From the human T2T-CHM13v2.0 reference genome, Homo sapiens: a stretch of 64,000 bases of DNA. The notes below the pieces were generated by a model that was given only the letters and a program-made list of their open reading frames with translations, did not search any database and was not told the DNA's origin. Shown piece after piece: positions 1 to 21,930 of this stretch. Each line of letters starts with the position of its first letter. Positions within the stretch are counted from its first letter, which is position 1. Made by a program: the position numbers and the translations under genes. Location: the NCBI RefSeq assembly GCF_009914755.1, contig NC_060926.1. One strand, 5' to 3'.

Positions 1-244
1 CACTTCAGCCTGGGCAATAGAGCGAGACTCCATCTCAGGGAAAAAAAAAAAAAAAAAAACAGAGAAAATGAGGTTCAGAAGTGTTTAGATGCCTTGCCTG
101 AGGCCAACCCTTATGCCTAAACAAGCGTTAGGGTTGGGATTCAAACCGCATCCAAGTGGCGCCAGGACTTCTTACACTCCACCACACTGCCCCTCAGCAC
201 CTCCATCTCCATATTCCATATTTGTGAAGAAAAATATTTTTTCT

Positions 245-445
245 TCTCTTCCATGGTTTCTATATTTGTTAACTCATCCATTTGCTGCATTTTATTTGTA
301 ACTCCAAAATCAGTACTTGTGGCATTTTCATAGGCACTCACAGACATGCACATAGCAGTGAAAGATTAGAATTTTCCAATATGCACATTCCCACCTAAAG
401 TCAAACAAGGTGGCACTCTCATCTTGCTTCAGAGCTCATACAGAG
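245..445 (+). mobile_element. Tigger4 (Zombi)-like DNA transposon fragment
   Basis: gcacattcccacctaaagtcaaacaagg...cttgcttcagagctcatac resembles Tigger4 internal sequence. Confidence 0.5.
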
Positions 446-754
446 ATGACCAAATCTGCACACACTCAGGATCAAATGTATCTGGAGACTTCAATACTTT
501 TTTTTTTTTGAGAGACTACTTGCTCTGTTGCCCAGGCCGAAGTGCAGTGGCGCAACTTCGGCTCACTGCAAACTCCACCTCTCAGGTTCAAGTGATTCAC
601 CACCAGGCCCAGCTAATTTTTGTATTTTTAGTAGAGACGGGGTTTCGCCATGTTGCCCAGGCTAGTCTTGAACTCCTGACCTCAGGTGATCCACCAGCTT
701 CGGCCTCCCAAAGTGCTGGGATTACAGGCATGAGCCACTGCACTCAGTCTCCTA

Positions 755-2115
<1,361 letters not shown>

Positions 2116-3342
2116 ATACCCAATTCACAGCCGCCAACAATATTTATCACATGCTTTTTCTGTTTACTCCAATTTTCTCACACTGTACACATACTCTCCC
2201 TTGCCATCTTGAACTCTTTACCACCAGTCCTCAATACTTTTGTTCTCCTCCCTATTCTCTTAAACATGTCTTTGGGATGTATATTCCTTGCATTTGTTAT
2301 TGGAATTCCTTCTTATTCCCCCATTCACTGTTTTCACACAACACCTAGCCTGAATGTGTTATTACTGCAGTGAACATTCCCAATTTTTGTCCTTTTCACA
2401 GGGGATGAGAGGAGTATGAATATCACATTAGCAATTACATAAGGTTCTCTTTAAGCGGTCTCGCGGAGGTGGAGGGGTGAGGGGACACAGGATGAAAATG
2501 AAAATCCAGAGCTGTAGGTTTATTTTGTTTGTTTTGGTTTTTTTCTGAGACATACTCTTGCTCTGTCGCCCAGGTTGGAGTGAAAATGGCACCATCTCGG
2601 GTCACTGCAATCTCTGTCTCCGGGTTTAAGTGATTCTCGTGCCTCAGCTACCCAAACAGCTGGAATCACAGGCATGCGCCACCACACCTAATTTTTGTAT
2701 TTACAGTAGAGATGGAATTTCACCATGTTGGCCAGGCTGGCCTTGAACTCCTGGCCTCAAGTGATCTGCCCGCCTCAGCCTCCCAAAGTGCTGGGATACA
2801 GGCGTGAGCCACTGTGCCTGGCACAGAGCTGTAGCTTTATAAATACACTGGATATCGTCTACATAATGTCTTGACAGTGTGAAACAACACTTCTAATATA
2901 ATCCAGAATTTATAAAGCAATGAAAAATTCTAGGCAACACACTTTAAGGGGATCACTGACAAAGAATATTGCCAGAGATGAATAACTCATATAGTGATAA
3001 ATCCAAAAACCATACCACATAAAGAACAACTGGGAGAATAAGAACTCTTTAGCCTGAAGGGAAAAAAGAGTCAAGAGACAGTCTCTGGTTTCCAAATTCA
3101 TGAAGACCTAGGTTCAACTGGGATTAGCGCCTTAGAGCAGTAGTAACATCAAGTTACACTAAAGTATGACTCACATGTATAATCAAGAATTTTCTAACAA
3201 ACCAATCCAACTCTGTTCCAGAAAATATTCTATCCTACTGTTTGAGATTTTTAAAACTGATTTCTATACTAGATGAACAATTAAATGGAATACATATATT
3301 TCTCAGAACCAAAGAAGTTTAAGCTATAAAAACTACTTTTTT

Positions 3343-3651
3343 AACTCCCAATGTGATGTTATTGGAAATGGGGCCTTTGGGAGATAATTAGGTCATGAAG
3401 GTGGAGCCTTCATGAATGGGATTAGTGGCCTAATAAAAGGGACCCCAGAGACCTCTCTACCTCTTTCCACCATGCGAAAATAAAAGAAAATGGCCATCTA
3501 CAGTCCAGAAGAAGGACCCCACCAGAACTTGACGATGCTGCCAACAACCTGATCTCGGACTTCCAGCCTCCAGAACTATGGGAAATAAATTTCTGTTGTT
3601 TATAAGTCATCCAATCTACAGTACTTTGTTACAGCAGCCTGGACTAAGACA
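3343..3651 (+). mobile_element. MLT1A-like MaLR LTR
   Basis: ggggcctttggg...gatctcggacttccagcctccagaact...aaataaatttctgttgtttataag...ctaagaca. Confidence 0.8.
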
Positions 3652-4243
3652 GTGTACTTTCTGAAAACTATCAGTACCATATTTTTCAAGACTAAATTCT
3701 CCAGTATAAACAGTATGCTTTCATACTGTGACAAATAGTACTATATGTTCGCATACGCTTTTAAAAGAGAGAAATGTGGCCAGACACAGTGGCTCACGCC
3801 TGTAATCCCAACACTTTGGGAGACTGAGGCAAGTGGATGGCTTGAGTCTACAAGACTAGACTGAGCAACATGGCAAAACTCTGCCTCTGCAAATATCACA
3901 AAAATTAGCCAGGCATGCTGGCATGCGCCTATGGTCCCAGCTATCCGGGAGGCTGAGGTGGGAGGATCACCTGACCCTGGGAACTTGAGGCTGTAGTGAG
4001 CCATGGTCCCACCACTGTACTCCACCCTGGGCAACAGAGCAAGACCCTGTCTCAAAAAAAAGAGGGAGAGTGAGTTATGTTACAGACAGCATAATGTTCT
4101 GAAAGCTTCATGAAGAACTGTACACAATGTCAAAGGGCAAAGAATTTCTAGTAAAAATTTTAAATCTAAAAATTAGAATTTACCATATAAACAACTGTAC
4201 ATTAAAATGGTATACTTATATATAAATTAATGCTCCTACTTAC

Positions 4244-4305
4244 GTTTCTGTGTCCGATACTAATGATTCATTATTGCACACATCATTGAAGGTATGGAGT
4301 TGATT
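4244..4305 (-). CDS. USP34: USP34 coding exon 8 (62 nt; NQLHTFNDVCNNESLVSDTET)
   Basis: tcatag|AATCAA...AGAAAC|gtaagt, in frame with exon 7. Confidence 0.95.
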
Positions 4306-6048
4306 CTATGATTAAAGACAAGAAATTAAGGGTTTTTATTTCCAAAATTATTCTTGCATTTGTCAGCAAATACTAACATGGTAAACTGATTGACATATGT
4401 AGATCACAATAACTAGATTAATATTATAAAATCTAAGACATAATCAGAGACACACGCTTCCCAATTACTAAAACTATTTCTGTTATATTAAAATACTAAA
4501 TAATGGCCAGGCGCAGCGGCTCACACCTGTAATCCCAGCACTTTAGGAGGCCAAGGCAGGTGGATCACCTGAGGTCAGGAGCTCTGAGACCAGCCTTACC
4601 AACACAGTAAATCTCCATCTCTATTAAAAATACAAAATTAGCTGGGTATGGTGGCATGCGCCTAAAACGCGAGCTACTCAGAGGCTGAGGCACGAAAATC
4701 ACTTGAACCCAGGAGGCAGAGGTTGCAGTGAGCCAAGATCGCGCCACTGCACTCCAGCCTGGGCGACAGAGTGAGAGTCCATCTCAAAAAAACGAAAAAA
4801 AAAAAAAAAAAAAAAAACAACACTAAATTCATTCCACAAATAGTATTCTTTATTACACTAAGTGCACTGGAGAAAATAAAGCTGAGTAAGTAAAAAAACA
4901 CAACAATTTAACGCAAGAGAGCAAGTAATATGTCATTATAGACAAAGTTTCAGGAAAGACTCCCCAGATAAATCCACTCAAGATTTAATTTATCTGGGAC
5001 AATATCAACAAGTATCTTTTATATTTATGAAACCCGGTACACAAGTAAACTCCACCTATTTCACATTTTCAGTGTGACTACACTACCAAAACAAAACAAA
5101 ACAAAAACAGTAATGTGGCCAGGTGGGGTGGCTCACGCCTGTAATCCCAACACTTTGGGAGGATGAGGCGGGTGGATCACCTGAGGTCAGGAATTCCAGA
5201 CCAGCCTGGCCAACACGGTAAAAACCCATCTCTACTAAAAATGCAAAAAATTAGCTGGGTGTTGTGGCGCACACCTGTAGTCCCTGCTACTCAGGAGGCT
5301 GAGGCAAGAGCATCGCTTGAACCCAGGAGGTGGAGGTTGCAGTAAGCCGAGATCATGCCATTGCACAACAGAATGGGACTCCATCTCCAAGAAAAACCAA
5401 AAAACAAAACAAAACAAAACAAAAACCCAGAAATGTAAAGGAGTAAAGCAAATGGGGACTGCAACAAACCGGAGAAAGCATATTCATTCTGAGGGATAAA
5501 GTTAATTACTTAGTTCTAACAGACTGTTGTTATGCAAGAATACAGACCCAAGAATACCAGGCCTTCTTCCAACCCCCTCACCAAGAGAAGCCAAGAATAC
5601 AGATTTTCATGTTACTTTGTCCTATTTAAAAACAGTATTTAAGACTATTCAAAACAAACATTTAGTAAAATTTGGCCTACGGCCCAATAATCTATGGTTT
5701 CTGCCTGGAAAATTAATTAACTGCTTATAAAGCCCTCCAATTATTCCTCTTTCTCAAAACATCTATAAACATAAAAACCTAAATAGTTTAAAAAGACAGA
5801 AACAAAATGATGAAAGAGTTGGACCCGGAAATCAAATGGACCCACAGTATAAATCCATATAAATCTAAGCTTCAGACTTATTTAAAATAAGAGAAACACA
5901 GAAATTATTTGTGAAGACCATATAAAGTAATCCACATAAAATACTTAGCACAATGCCTAGTATGAAGTGCTCCATAAATAGTGGGTAGTATTATGATAGA
6001 CCAGAAAACAAATAAACGATGACCAAAAATAAAACAAATACAGCTTAC

Positions 6049-6241
6049 TGTTATCTGACTCAATCCAGCCAACCTCATAGTCAAAGTAGGTGACATAAAG
6101 TACTTAAATGCAAGATCTAGGCTTTCTTTATCAAAGCATAATGTTGTATCCAATGGTTCTTTGACTGTGCTCCACATTAAGTCAGCCATGTTACGAGCTG
6201 CACTCTGTCGTAACTCCTGATCCGAGAGCTTGCATAAATAC
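6049..6241 (-). CDS. USP34: USP34 coding exon 7 (193 nt; YLCKLSDQELRQSAARN...AGLSQIT)
   Basis: tttcag|GTATTT...ATAACA|gtaagc, inside ORF 5905..6270. Confidence 0.97.
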
Positions 6242-6449
6242 CTGAAATGATTCAGAAATAGAAAATACACAAAAATTCATAAAGCATTTTTAAAGACCAC
6301 TCAGTAACTTAAAATGTACATTGTAAGCATTAACATTTTTTGTGTCCAAAACCCACAAACCTCTGGTTTTCCTCTCAGGCCCTGCCTAATCTCTTTGGCA
6401 GATTCCTTCTCTGCTGTCCAACCTTTCAACATTAGTCTTCCTCAAGGCC

Positions 6450-7570
6450 TGTAATGGATTACAAAATGGCCACAAATTCCTCCCATCATTATATGTACAA
6501 GAATTTGCAATGTGACTTTGCTATTCCTCTCATCAAAAGGTGTAATCTATTTCTACACCTTAAATCTGGGCCTTGCCATGTAACTTGCTTTGGCCAATGA
6601 GATATTAATAGACATGACATAAGTGGAAGCTAGAAAAGCCTTTGAGCTTGCCTTCTCTTGCTGGGAACTCTAATCACCAACAAAACAAGGAACCAAGGTT
6701 AGCCTGCTGGATGAAAGAGAAGTGCCTGATGCTCCAACTGACATGAAGCCAACTACAAGACATATATGAGATTCCCGCTCACCCCACAAGACCAATCGGC
6801 ATGGCAATCACAGAATGTGGGAACAAGGCTAACCTAGACCATCCAGTTTCAGCCAAGTCAATACAGATCAACAAAACTACCTAGCTAGCATGCTCGTTAA
6901 GAGTCATCACCACTCCCTAATCTCAAGTACCCAGGGACACAAACACTGCGGAAGGCTGCAGGATCCTCTGCCTAGGAAAACCAGAGACCTTTGTTCACTT
7001 GTTTATCTGCTGACCTTCCCTCCACTATTGTCCTATGACCCTGCCAAATCCCCCTCTGCAAGAAACACCCAAGAATGATCAATAAAAAAAAAAAAAATAA
7101 ATAAATAAAAAATAAACAAAAAATGTAAAACTAAAAAAAAATAAAACACACACACACACACACACAAAACTACCTAGCTAACCAGAGAACTGTGAGAAAT
7201 GATAAATGGCTGTTGTTTCATTTTTTCTTTTTTTATAAAACAAAGTCTTGCTTTGTCACTCACGCTGGAGTGCAATTGCTCAATCAGAGCTCACTGCAGC
7301 CTCGACCTCCTGGGCTCAAGTGATCCTTCCACCTCAGCTTCCCTGGTAGCTGGGACTATAGAAGCATGCCACCACGACCACCTAATTTTCTTCTGCACAG
7401 AGATGGAGTCTCGCTATGTTGCCCAGACTGGTCTTGAACTCCTGGGCTCAGGTGATCCTCCCGCCTCGGCCTCCCAAAAGTGCTGGGATTACAGGCATGA
7501 GCCACCATGCCTGGCTGGCTATTGTTGTAAGCCACTAAGTTTTGAGGGATGTTTTCTTACACAGCAAAAC
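6450..7570 (+). mobile_element. MLT1-type MaLR LTR, interrupted by the SVA and a minus-strand Alu (about 7219-7515)
   Basis: Typical MLT1 motifs: aaaatggccacaaattc, ttgctttggccaatgaga, aagccactaagttttg...ttacacagca. Confidence 0.7.
6888..7163 (+). mobile_element. 5'-truncated SVA (SINE-R 3' end) with A-rich/(CA)n tail
   Basis: ...gtacccagggacacaaacactgcggaagg...aaacacccaagaatgatcaataaa is the SVA 3' terminus. A 17-bp TSD acaaaactacctagcta lies at 6871-6887 and 7164-7180. Confidence 0.9.
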
Positions 7571-7579
7571 CAACCCATA

Positions 7580-8890
7580 CAGAGCTCTATCTTAGACTCA
7601 CCTCTACTCTTTTCCTGTATGCTCTCCTCAGGTGACTCCTATGGTTTTTAAATACCATCTTTACACTCACAACTCTTACATTAATGAAAACTGTTCTGAA
7701 CTACAAGTTCATACTCCCAATTTGCCAGTGCCATTTAAGTCCCACAGGCCTCTCAAAGTCTTGTCTTTAAGTTCTCCCAGATTTTCACATCTCAGTAATG
7801 ATATCCACAGTACAAATAAAAAAAATTGAGGAGGGGGGGTGCTGAATGTCATCCACATCCACAATGCTACCCTTTTCTTTATACCCTATAATGACCAGTA
7901 TTATTGATTTTATTTTCACTTACATTCATCCAATTTTCAAAATCATCATTAACAATCCTACTGTAAGTAATCATCACTTTCCTTCCAGGACTAATATATA
8001 AACCTTTCAATTGGTCTCCTCCTAGCTTCTATTCCAGTCACCCTATATTTATGATCTATTTAAAAGCCAAATAAAACTTTTAAAAAATCATGAAACATCT
8101 GCTAAAAACCCTTCAATAGACTCCCATTGAAAAAATTAAATCCATACTCCTTACAGTGGCCTACAAGGTCCTGAATAATCTGCCCCTGCTTATCTCTCCA
8201 CCTTCAAAACTATATCCCCTTACACATTATTCTCCACACCAATCTGCTTCTAGTTTGTGTCATATGCCAACTTCAAAGCCTATACTGACATGTTCCTTCT
8301 ACAATACGTCTTTCTAATAATCATTTGAATAGCTGACTCACGTCCATCAGATATCACCCTTCAGAAAGGCCCCATACTCCCTCTGTATCACACTAACTTA
8401 CTTGCATAGCATTCATCACTATCTGATTCTTTGCCTGATACTGTCTCCCAAAAGTTGAGTAGTGCTGTGAAAAAGGGAACACTCAAACCTTTGCAAATGA
8501 GAAAAAAAGTACAATACTGTCATAAATGTTATCAAGAAATAAAATATGCAGAATCCTGACAGTTCATACTTTAATTCTAATCAGTACAACCCTTTCTCCA
8601 TCTTCTTAGGCTTCCTTTTTAAGTTGAGACTTATAAAATTCAAATGTCACCTCTCGTTCAATGAGACCTTTCCTGTCCCCATAAACTGTAACCCACCCCC
8701 TAGAACTCTCAAGCCACCTTTGCTGCTATTTATCCTATAATACTTATCACTTTCTGATGTAGTATTATCATTTACTTCTTTTGTAAACAGACTGCACAAG
8801 AGCAGAGATTTTTGCAATTTGTTTTCTTCTCTGCTATATCCTCAGTGCCTAGAACGTAACAGACACTTACTGTGTATTTGCTGACTAAAT
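7580..8890 (+). mobile_element. L2 LINE 3' fragment
   Basis: aaaacccttcaatagactcccattg...ggcctacaaggtcctg...ctcagtgcctagaac...tatttgctgactaaat. Confidence 0.7.
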
Positions 8891-9148
8891 ACAGTGGAAT
8901 AACCATTATTAATCTCTTTAATTCTTTACATACTCATGTAAAAAAAAGTCCAACATAATTTACTAAAAAGTAACCATTAAATATAAATCCATATATGTGC
9001 ATAAAAAACACTATATACCAAACTGTTACTTGAAATTTTCTCTAGAGGATATGACTATAGGGGACTTTCAAACAATATAATTCTATATTATAAATTGTTT
9101 AAATATATTACACTGATAATCGGGGGTAAAGAAATTTTATAAACTTAC

Positions 9149-9216
9149 CTAATAACATAGGTCCTAAAAGGTATAATGTGCTGCATGACAGCGGGAATAT
9201 GTAGCCATATTCTAAT
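9149..9216 (-). CDS. USP34: USP34 coding exon 6 (68 nt; IRIWLHIPAVMQHIIPFRTYVIR)
   Basis: atatag|ATTAGA...TATTAG|gtaagt. The frame continues from exon 5 into exon 7. Confidence 0.95.
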
Positions 9217-10209
9217 CTATATAAGAAACATAAAAACAACATTAATGCCTAATATGTGAAATACATATATCTTTCACTAAACTAATGAAAAACAAGAGCA
9301 TTGGCCAGGCACGGTCGCTCACGCCTGTAATCCCAGCACTTTGGGAGGCTGAGGTGGGCAGATCCGAAGGTCAGGAGTTTGAGATCAGCCTGGCCAACAC
9401 AGTAAAACCCCGTATCTACTAAAAACACAAAAATTAGCCGGGCATGGTGGCGCGCACCTGTAGTCCCAGCTACTTGAGAGGCTGAGGCAGGAGAATCGCT
9501 TGAACCCCCACCCCCGGGGGGGGCGGGGGGAAGAGGATGTGGTGAGCCGAGATTGTGCCACTGCACTCCAGCCTGGGCAACGGAGCGAGACTCCGTCTCA
9601 AATAAAAAACAAAACAAAAACGAGGATCATTTAGTATTCTGCTGCCTCTATAATTACATATATTATCAATTATGAAAAGAGTATAGTACAAAACAGAATT
9701 ACACATGTATCAGGAAATTTAACCTATATATTATATATCTTATTTTACATGAAGTCTGTCTGAAAAATTAATCTTAGCTTCTTGCTGAAAAGACAAAACC
9801 ATCTCTCAAAGTAATATTTCCTTACCAAATAATTCTCTATACCTCTTTGTACGGTAGCATCCCCAATACAAGGCACTGTATTAGTTTTTTAATAAACCGT
9901 ATTAGTTTTTAACTAATCATCTCATCATTCCTTCCTAAAATATTTCAAATTACCCATAATTTCTAGTCATTTCAGTATCTGAAGCAAATATATTTTACAG
10001 TCACACACTGATTACAATATCAACAAGTACTTACTAAGTTTACTATAAGTAACTTACAGCTCGACTGAGTTATAATAAAAGTTACAATAAATATATTTCC
10101 TCATTTTTTCTACACAATATTTTAACATTTATAAATCAAATGTGAATACATTATATAACAGTTTTATTTTCAAAAATAGTAAGAATAAAAATCCTAACCC
10201 AACCAATCA

Positions 10210-10383
<174 letters not shown>

Positions 10384-10599
10384 CTACCAAAAAAATACAA
10401 AAATAAGCCAGGCATGGTGTCACATGTCTGCAGTCCCAGCACTCTGGGAGGTTGAGGTGGGAGATTCGCTTGAACCCAGGAGGTGGAAGTCTCAGTGAGC
10501 CAGGATCGCGTCACTGTACTCCACCCTGGACAACACAGCAAGACCATGTCTCAAAACAAAAAAAATTAAAAAATAAAATACATGAATTTGGGAATTCAG

Positions 10600-15240
<4,641 letters not shown>

Positions 15241-16575
15241 AAGGTTAAAAATCCTATTTTATACAAGATACATCAGAGGGCATAGTTATATCTTTTATTT
15301 TAGAATACACAGACACAAGTGATTAAAAATTTCAATTAAAAAACAGCAAATGAAGAAAAATGTCAATACAAGAAAAAATTTTAATACAAGGAAGATCTAC
15401 CATTTACTAAGTCCTTAATATTCCCATTGTGATAAATGAGAAAAGTAATGCTTATAAAAGTAATGAAAACAAAATTACATACTATGCAACAGAGGTACAA
15501 TTCAAACCTAGGATTATATCATTATAAAAATCAGCATTCTTTAACACTACTATAGATCCCAACATCATAAAAACCAAATTGCATATGCTATTAATCCTAC
15601 AGTGTGTCCTTTATCATTTTTTTTTAAGTTTTGAGCTTTTCAGGTTTCCTTCTCCCCACCCCCTGCTTAGTGCTAATGGAATTCTAGCAGCCCTCCTAAC
15701 CTTTTAACCTAGGTTAAAACTCTCAGAAATAGGGAAAAAAAGAAAAAAAAAGTTCCTTGCTCCCTGTAACTGCAGAAAAACAGCGTTCTGCATCAAACCT
15801 AGTTCTGACAAAGTGCAAAGTGGCATCATGAAAACTTAATTTCCTATTCTCCTATCTAGTAAAGAGATATCAAAAAATATGTAATCCTACCCTAGTTTCT
15901 GATATTAAACAGTCTTTGCTAGTATATTTGTAAAAAGCAGTCTTAGGACACTGAACATTCAGAAATTGCTATTGTGTTCCCCTATACGTTACTTAAGCCC
16001 TACAAGCTTATACCTTTGACTAAAGCATATTTTGTGTGAAGTTCTTTTTATTAATCCTCATTTGCACTTCTTTCTACTCCATAATAAAATAAACCCCTTG
16101 TCTCTATTGGATTCTTTATAAATTAATAAAAGGTGTTATGTATGAAATGACAAACTCTGGCAAAGAGCTGAGGGCTGAGGAAGGATACTGTAAGCTAAAA
16201 CCAAGTGTAACTCAACAAAAGTGAGATTAACTTCCATTTGGGTCTCAGTGGAGAAACTTGTATGCCTCCATGTTCTATTTCTCTAAGCTGTGTTAAATGT
16301 TAGTAAGCTGCATTCGCAAAGTAAGAAAACTACATAAAAAGCTGCATTTGCAAAGTAAGAAAACTACATAAAGATCTTTGTTGTTTTCTTGTGGGTGCAG
16401 CTGTTATTAAAGAACGGATCCATATAATAGGTGGAATAATATTTGTGCAAACTGAGAAATCTCCTAAAACTCAGAGCTAGTTAAGAACTGCTGAAGTTCT
16501 AGTTAAGAATCTGCTAAAGTTTTTGAGATTGAAACAAATGTATGGGCTTGACGTTATTATCAGATTTGAACCTTA

Positions 16576-16995
<420 letters not shown>

Positions 16996-18230
16996 TCACC
17001 ATCTGACAAAGTTACCTTGCCTCAGTAAGAGTGAGGAAATCAGCCAGGTGCAATGGCACACACCTGTAATCCCAGCACTTTAGGAGGCCAAGGCGGGCGG
17101 ATCATTTGAGCCCAGGAGTTCAAGACCAGCCTGGGGAACATGGTGAAACACTACCTCTACCAGAAACACAAAAATTAGCCAGTCTCAAAATAAATATATA
17201 GCTTTTTCTTTAAGTGAGGAGGAAATCATACTAGAAAATAAACAGAATGGGATCATTTCCTGAGTCCCAGGAAATGCTATAAACATGTTCTCTTCTGAAT
17301 GTGTGATTTAGTATAATAGAGAAAAAGAAGTATTCAGTAACGTTAGTCCGTATCTTTCCTGCCACAAAAGTGATTTATGAGTTATTTTCTTTTCTTTACA
17401 AACGGCTGCCCTAAAATCTAATACTATTTTTTTCATTGTTAAATATAGTTCTACTCATTCCTGTGAAATTCAGAGATTCCCAAATAGAGACCTCACCCTA
17501 TTGAAGCCAAAACACCATGGCTAAACAAGCTGCCCACTTCGCAAGAAAAGGAATAGACATACAAAAATGATCAGGGTTTATACAATGACCCACTAGAGGA
17601 AATTACTATGAAATAAATAAAGCACAGCTTCTGTAGCAAGCTTGATTACAAAAAGAACTCTAAGCTCTTAATGTACACTAAAATATTAACCATATAAAAG
17701 AAATTAGCTTGCAGAGAGCCAATCTACAATATTTTTTATAAGGAAAAGATGCCTATTAAAGAGTTACTCCATTGAGTTATTATTCTCAGAAAATTAACAA
17801 ACAGATTATATAGTATTATAGTATTACGGTGTTCAAAAAATATATTAATTTAAATAGTATAATTTTGCTTTAACGGCCTCAGTTGAGTTGCAAGATAAAG
17901 AAAACTATGCAGATTGACAACAGCCCACCAATTAGCAGTCATAAAAGGGCTGAAGAGAAAGATAAAACAGAATCTAAGCCTAAACCTTTGTATTTAGTAA
18001 AGGATAACTTCACAGGTTGGGCAACAGCGTAACCCCATCTCTACAAAAACAATTTTTAATTTAGCCAGGCGTGGTGACATGCACCTTTAGTCCCAGGTAC
18101 TTGGGAGGCTGACATGGGAGGGAGGTTTGCTTGAGCCTGGGAGATCAAGGCTGCAGTCAGCTGCTACTACCGCACAGCAGAACTCTCTCTCAAAAACAAA
18201 AACAAAACAAAGGCCGGGTGCGGTGGCTCA

Positions 18231-18572
<342 letters not shown>

Positions 18573-19118
18573 TTAACAAGCTTTCCATACTAGACTGTTA
18601 AACAAGAATTAGTACAAATAAATTCAAGAAACAGTTTAATCCAGGTTTATGTAATATTCCTGATTAAGTAAACCCTTTGATAATTTGGTGTTTCAAAATT
18701 ATATGCCCTCTCCAAAATTACCACAGTGTGAAATAAAAATGTTATCCCAGCATTCCAGTTAACTAAATTGAGATACTTTCTCTCAGAGAATGCCAAAGTA
18801 CATAAAACTTTCTATCAAACAAATAAGTTCAATCAGAATAACAGGATCACTTAGGTATTTAGTAACAACCGAAGTTAGTAAAAGCCACCAGTTACTACAC
18901 ACTTTATATGTCAAGTGTTACATTATGAGTTTAAAATCTTTCTCATTTTAAACCTCAAAACAATCCTCTAAAGTAGATGGATATCATCATCATTCCCATT
19001 TTGCAAATTAAAAAAATTAAGGCTCAGATCACGCAAAGTGGCTCACGCCTGTAATCCCAGCACTTTAGGAGGCTGAGGCAGGAGGATCACCTGAGGTTAG
19101 GAGTTTGAGACCAGCCTA

Positions 19119-19331
<213 letters not shown>

Positions 19332-19752
19332 TTATTAACCTACATGCTACACTACTACTATATGTAATAATTTCAACCTATCAGAATGGGTGGAATTTTT
19401 TAACTAAAAATGACCTTGATAGTAATCATTTATTACCAATTTTAGTAATGTCAGTGCTGTTTCCAATGTACCGCATCACTGCAAAGCACACAGCATTGGA
19501 AACAATGCAACAAAATATTTGGTTGAGTCACTTTTCACCCAATATTTTTATTTTATAGATAATTTAAATATCTGATATTAGCTATTAATTAAGGTAATTC
19601 CATTACACAAGATTTCAGTGTTTGGTAAAGGTACACTGAACTTTTGCTTTACCAATTTTTTAAATTATGACCAGAATAGGTTATTAAAGAATGAATTTTA
19701 ATATACAGGTATTTAAAAGTATCTTTCTTTCCGGGCCGGGCACAGTCGCTCA

Positions 19753-20133
<381 letters not shown>

Positions 20134-20730
20134 TCAGGCATACTATAATAGTAACCTAGGCAAGCATCATTTAAAGTAACCAATAACCTAAAAAGTCAAA
20201 AATTTCCCAGGACAGAATCCCAGGAAGATCAAGTTTAAAATGGCCTGGGCAACATGGTAAAACTCTGTCTCTAAAAAAAGTACAAAAATTCAGCCAGGCA
20301 CAGTGGTGCACACCTCTAGTCCCAGCTACTCAGGAGGGTGAGGTGGGAGGATCACCTGAGCCCAGGAGGTAGAAGCTACAGCCTAAACAACGGAGTGAGA
20401 CCCTCTCTCTCAAAAAAAAAAAAAAAAAAAAAAAAATAAGTTAAAAAATGAAAATTAGCAAAAGTTTTATGCAGTCACCTATCTTAGATAAAATAGATAA
20501 TTATAGATAGTCATGACCCCTTTTAGCTTTAAAACAGGTAACTTAATTTTATTCAAATTCTAATCTTAATAATAAAGATCGTTAAAACGTTTCTGTACTC
20601 ATTTTGTCAAAATAAAAAAAAATTACACATGCAAATCATTCAAAACCTTCCTTTTCAGAGCATAAAATTCATGTTACTGATATGCTAGACATTGCTCCCA
20701 AAATTAAGATCAATTCAAAACAATACTTAC

Positions 20731-20880
20731 ATTAGACACAACTGTAATAAACGCATGTGCTATAAGAAATGGCAAAGTTTCAGGAGTTCCATATTCAAAG
20801 CAATCCTTCATGAGAGAAAGGCCATTTTTCCCACAAAACAAACATACATAACGAAGCAAATGCAATGGTACTTCTACATC
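20731..20880 (-). CDS. USP34: USP34 coding exon 5 (150 nt; DVEVPLHLLRYVCLFCGKNG...ITVVSN)
   Basis: tcccag|GATGTA...TCTAAT|gtaagt, inside ORF 20710..20901, phase 0-0. Confidence 0.97.
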
Positions 20881-21060
20881 CTGGGAAAATAAAGAAAACA
20901 TGTCATTATTTGAAAACGTACAAATAATTTTTATCTTAGCAATACTGGAAAGATACTGATGAGAAACTCAAAAGACATATATAAATAATAAAATATATGG
21001 ATGAGGCTTTGTTAAAAAAATAAAATTTTCCATAAAAGAATAAAAAAGGTAAACACTTAC

Positions 21061-21111
21061 ATTCATATCACAGAATGCCCCTAATATGTTACTTTCTTGA
21101 GTTGATATATC
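21061..21111 (-). CDS. USP34: USP34 coding exon 4 (51 nt; DISTQESNILGAFCDMN)
   Basis: aattag|GATATA...ATGAAT|gtaagt, phase 0-0. Confidence 0.95.
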
Positions 21112-21394
21112 CTAATTAAAAAAAAAAAAGCAAGTAAAATTAGGTTACAACTACTAACCTTTAAAAAATACAATTCTATAAAAGACTGATTTTATAAAAA
21201 CCGAATAAACAGATTATTTTGCAATTACTCCTGATAAGCAGTGATACTCCTAACTGAAGCTAATAGGATTCAGCTCTAAGGTGTATTTTAGTCCTCCTTT
21301 AAGTAGAAGCCATTCCACAGTACATACTACACACTATTTTGCCTTATTAAACATTAAGTAATCTTGCCTTAAAAAAATCAATGTTTAAAATCCC

Positions 21395-21825
<431 letters not shown>

Positions 21826-21828
21826 TCA

Positions 21829-21930
<102 letters not shown>

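Noticed and set aside
2450-2490. Short CpG-rich patch aagcggtctcgcggaggtggag as a regulatory site
   Set aside because: Too short and only a partial motif match, so it cannot be supported from sequence alone.
6890-7078. 62-aa ORF in SINE-R
   Set aside because: A common SVA-derived open frame with no promoter or splice evidence.
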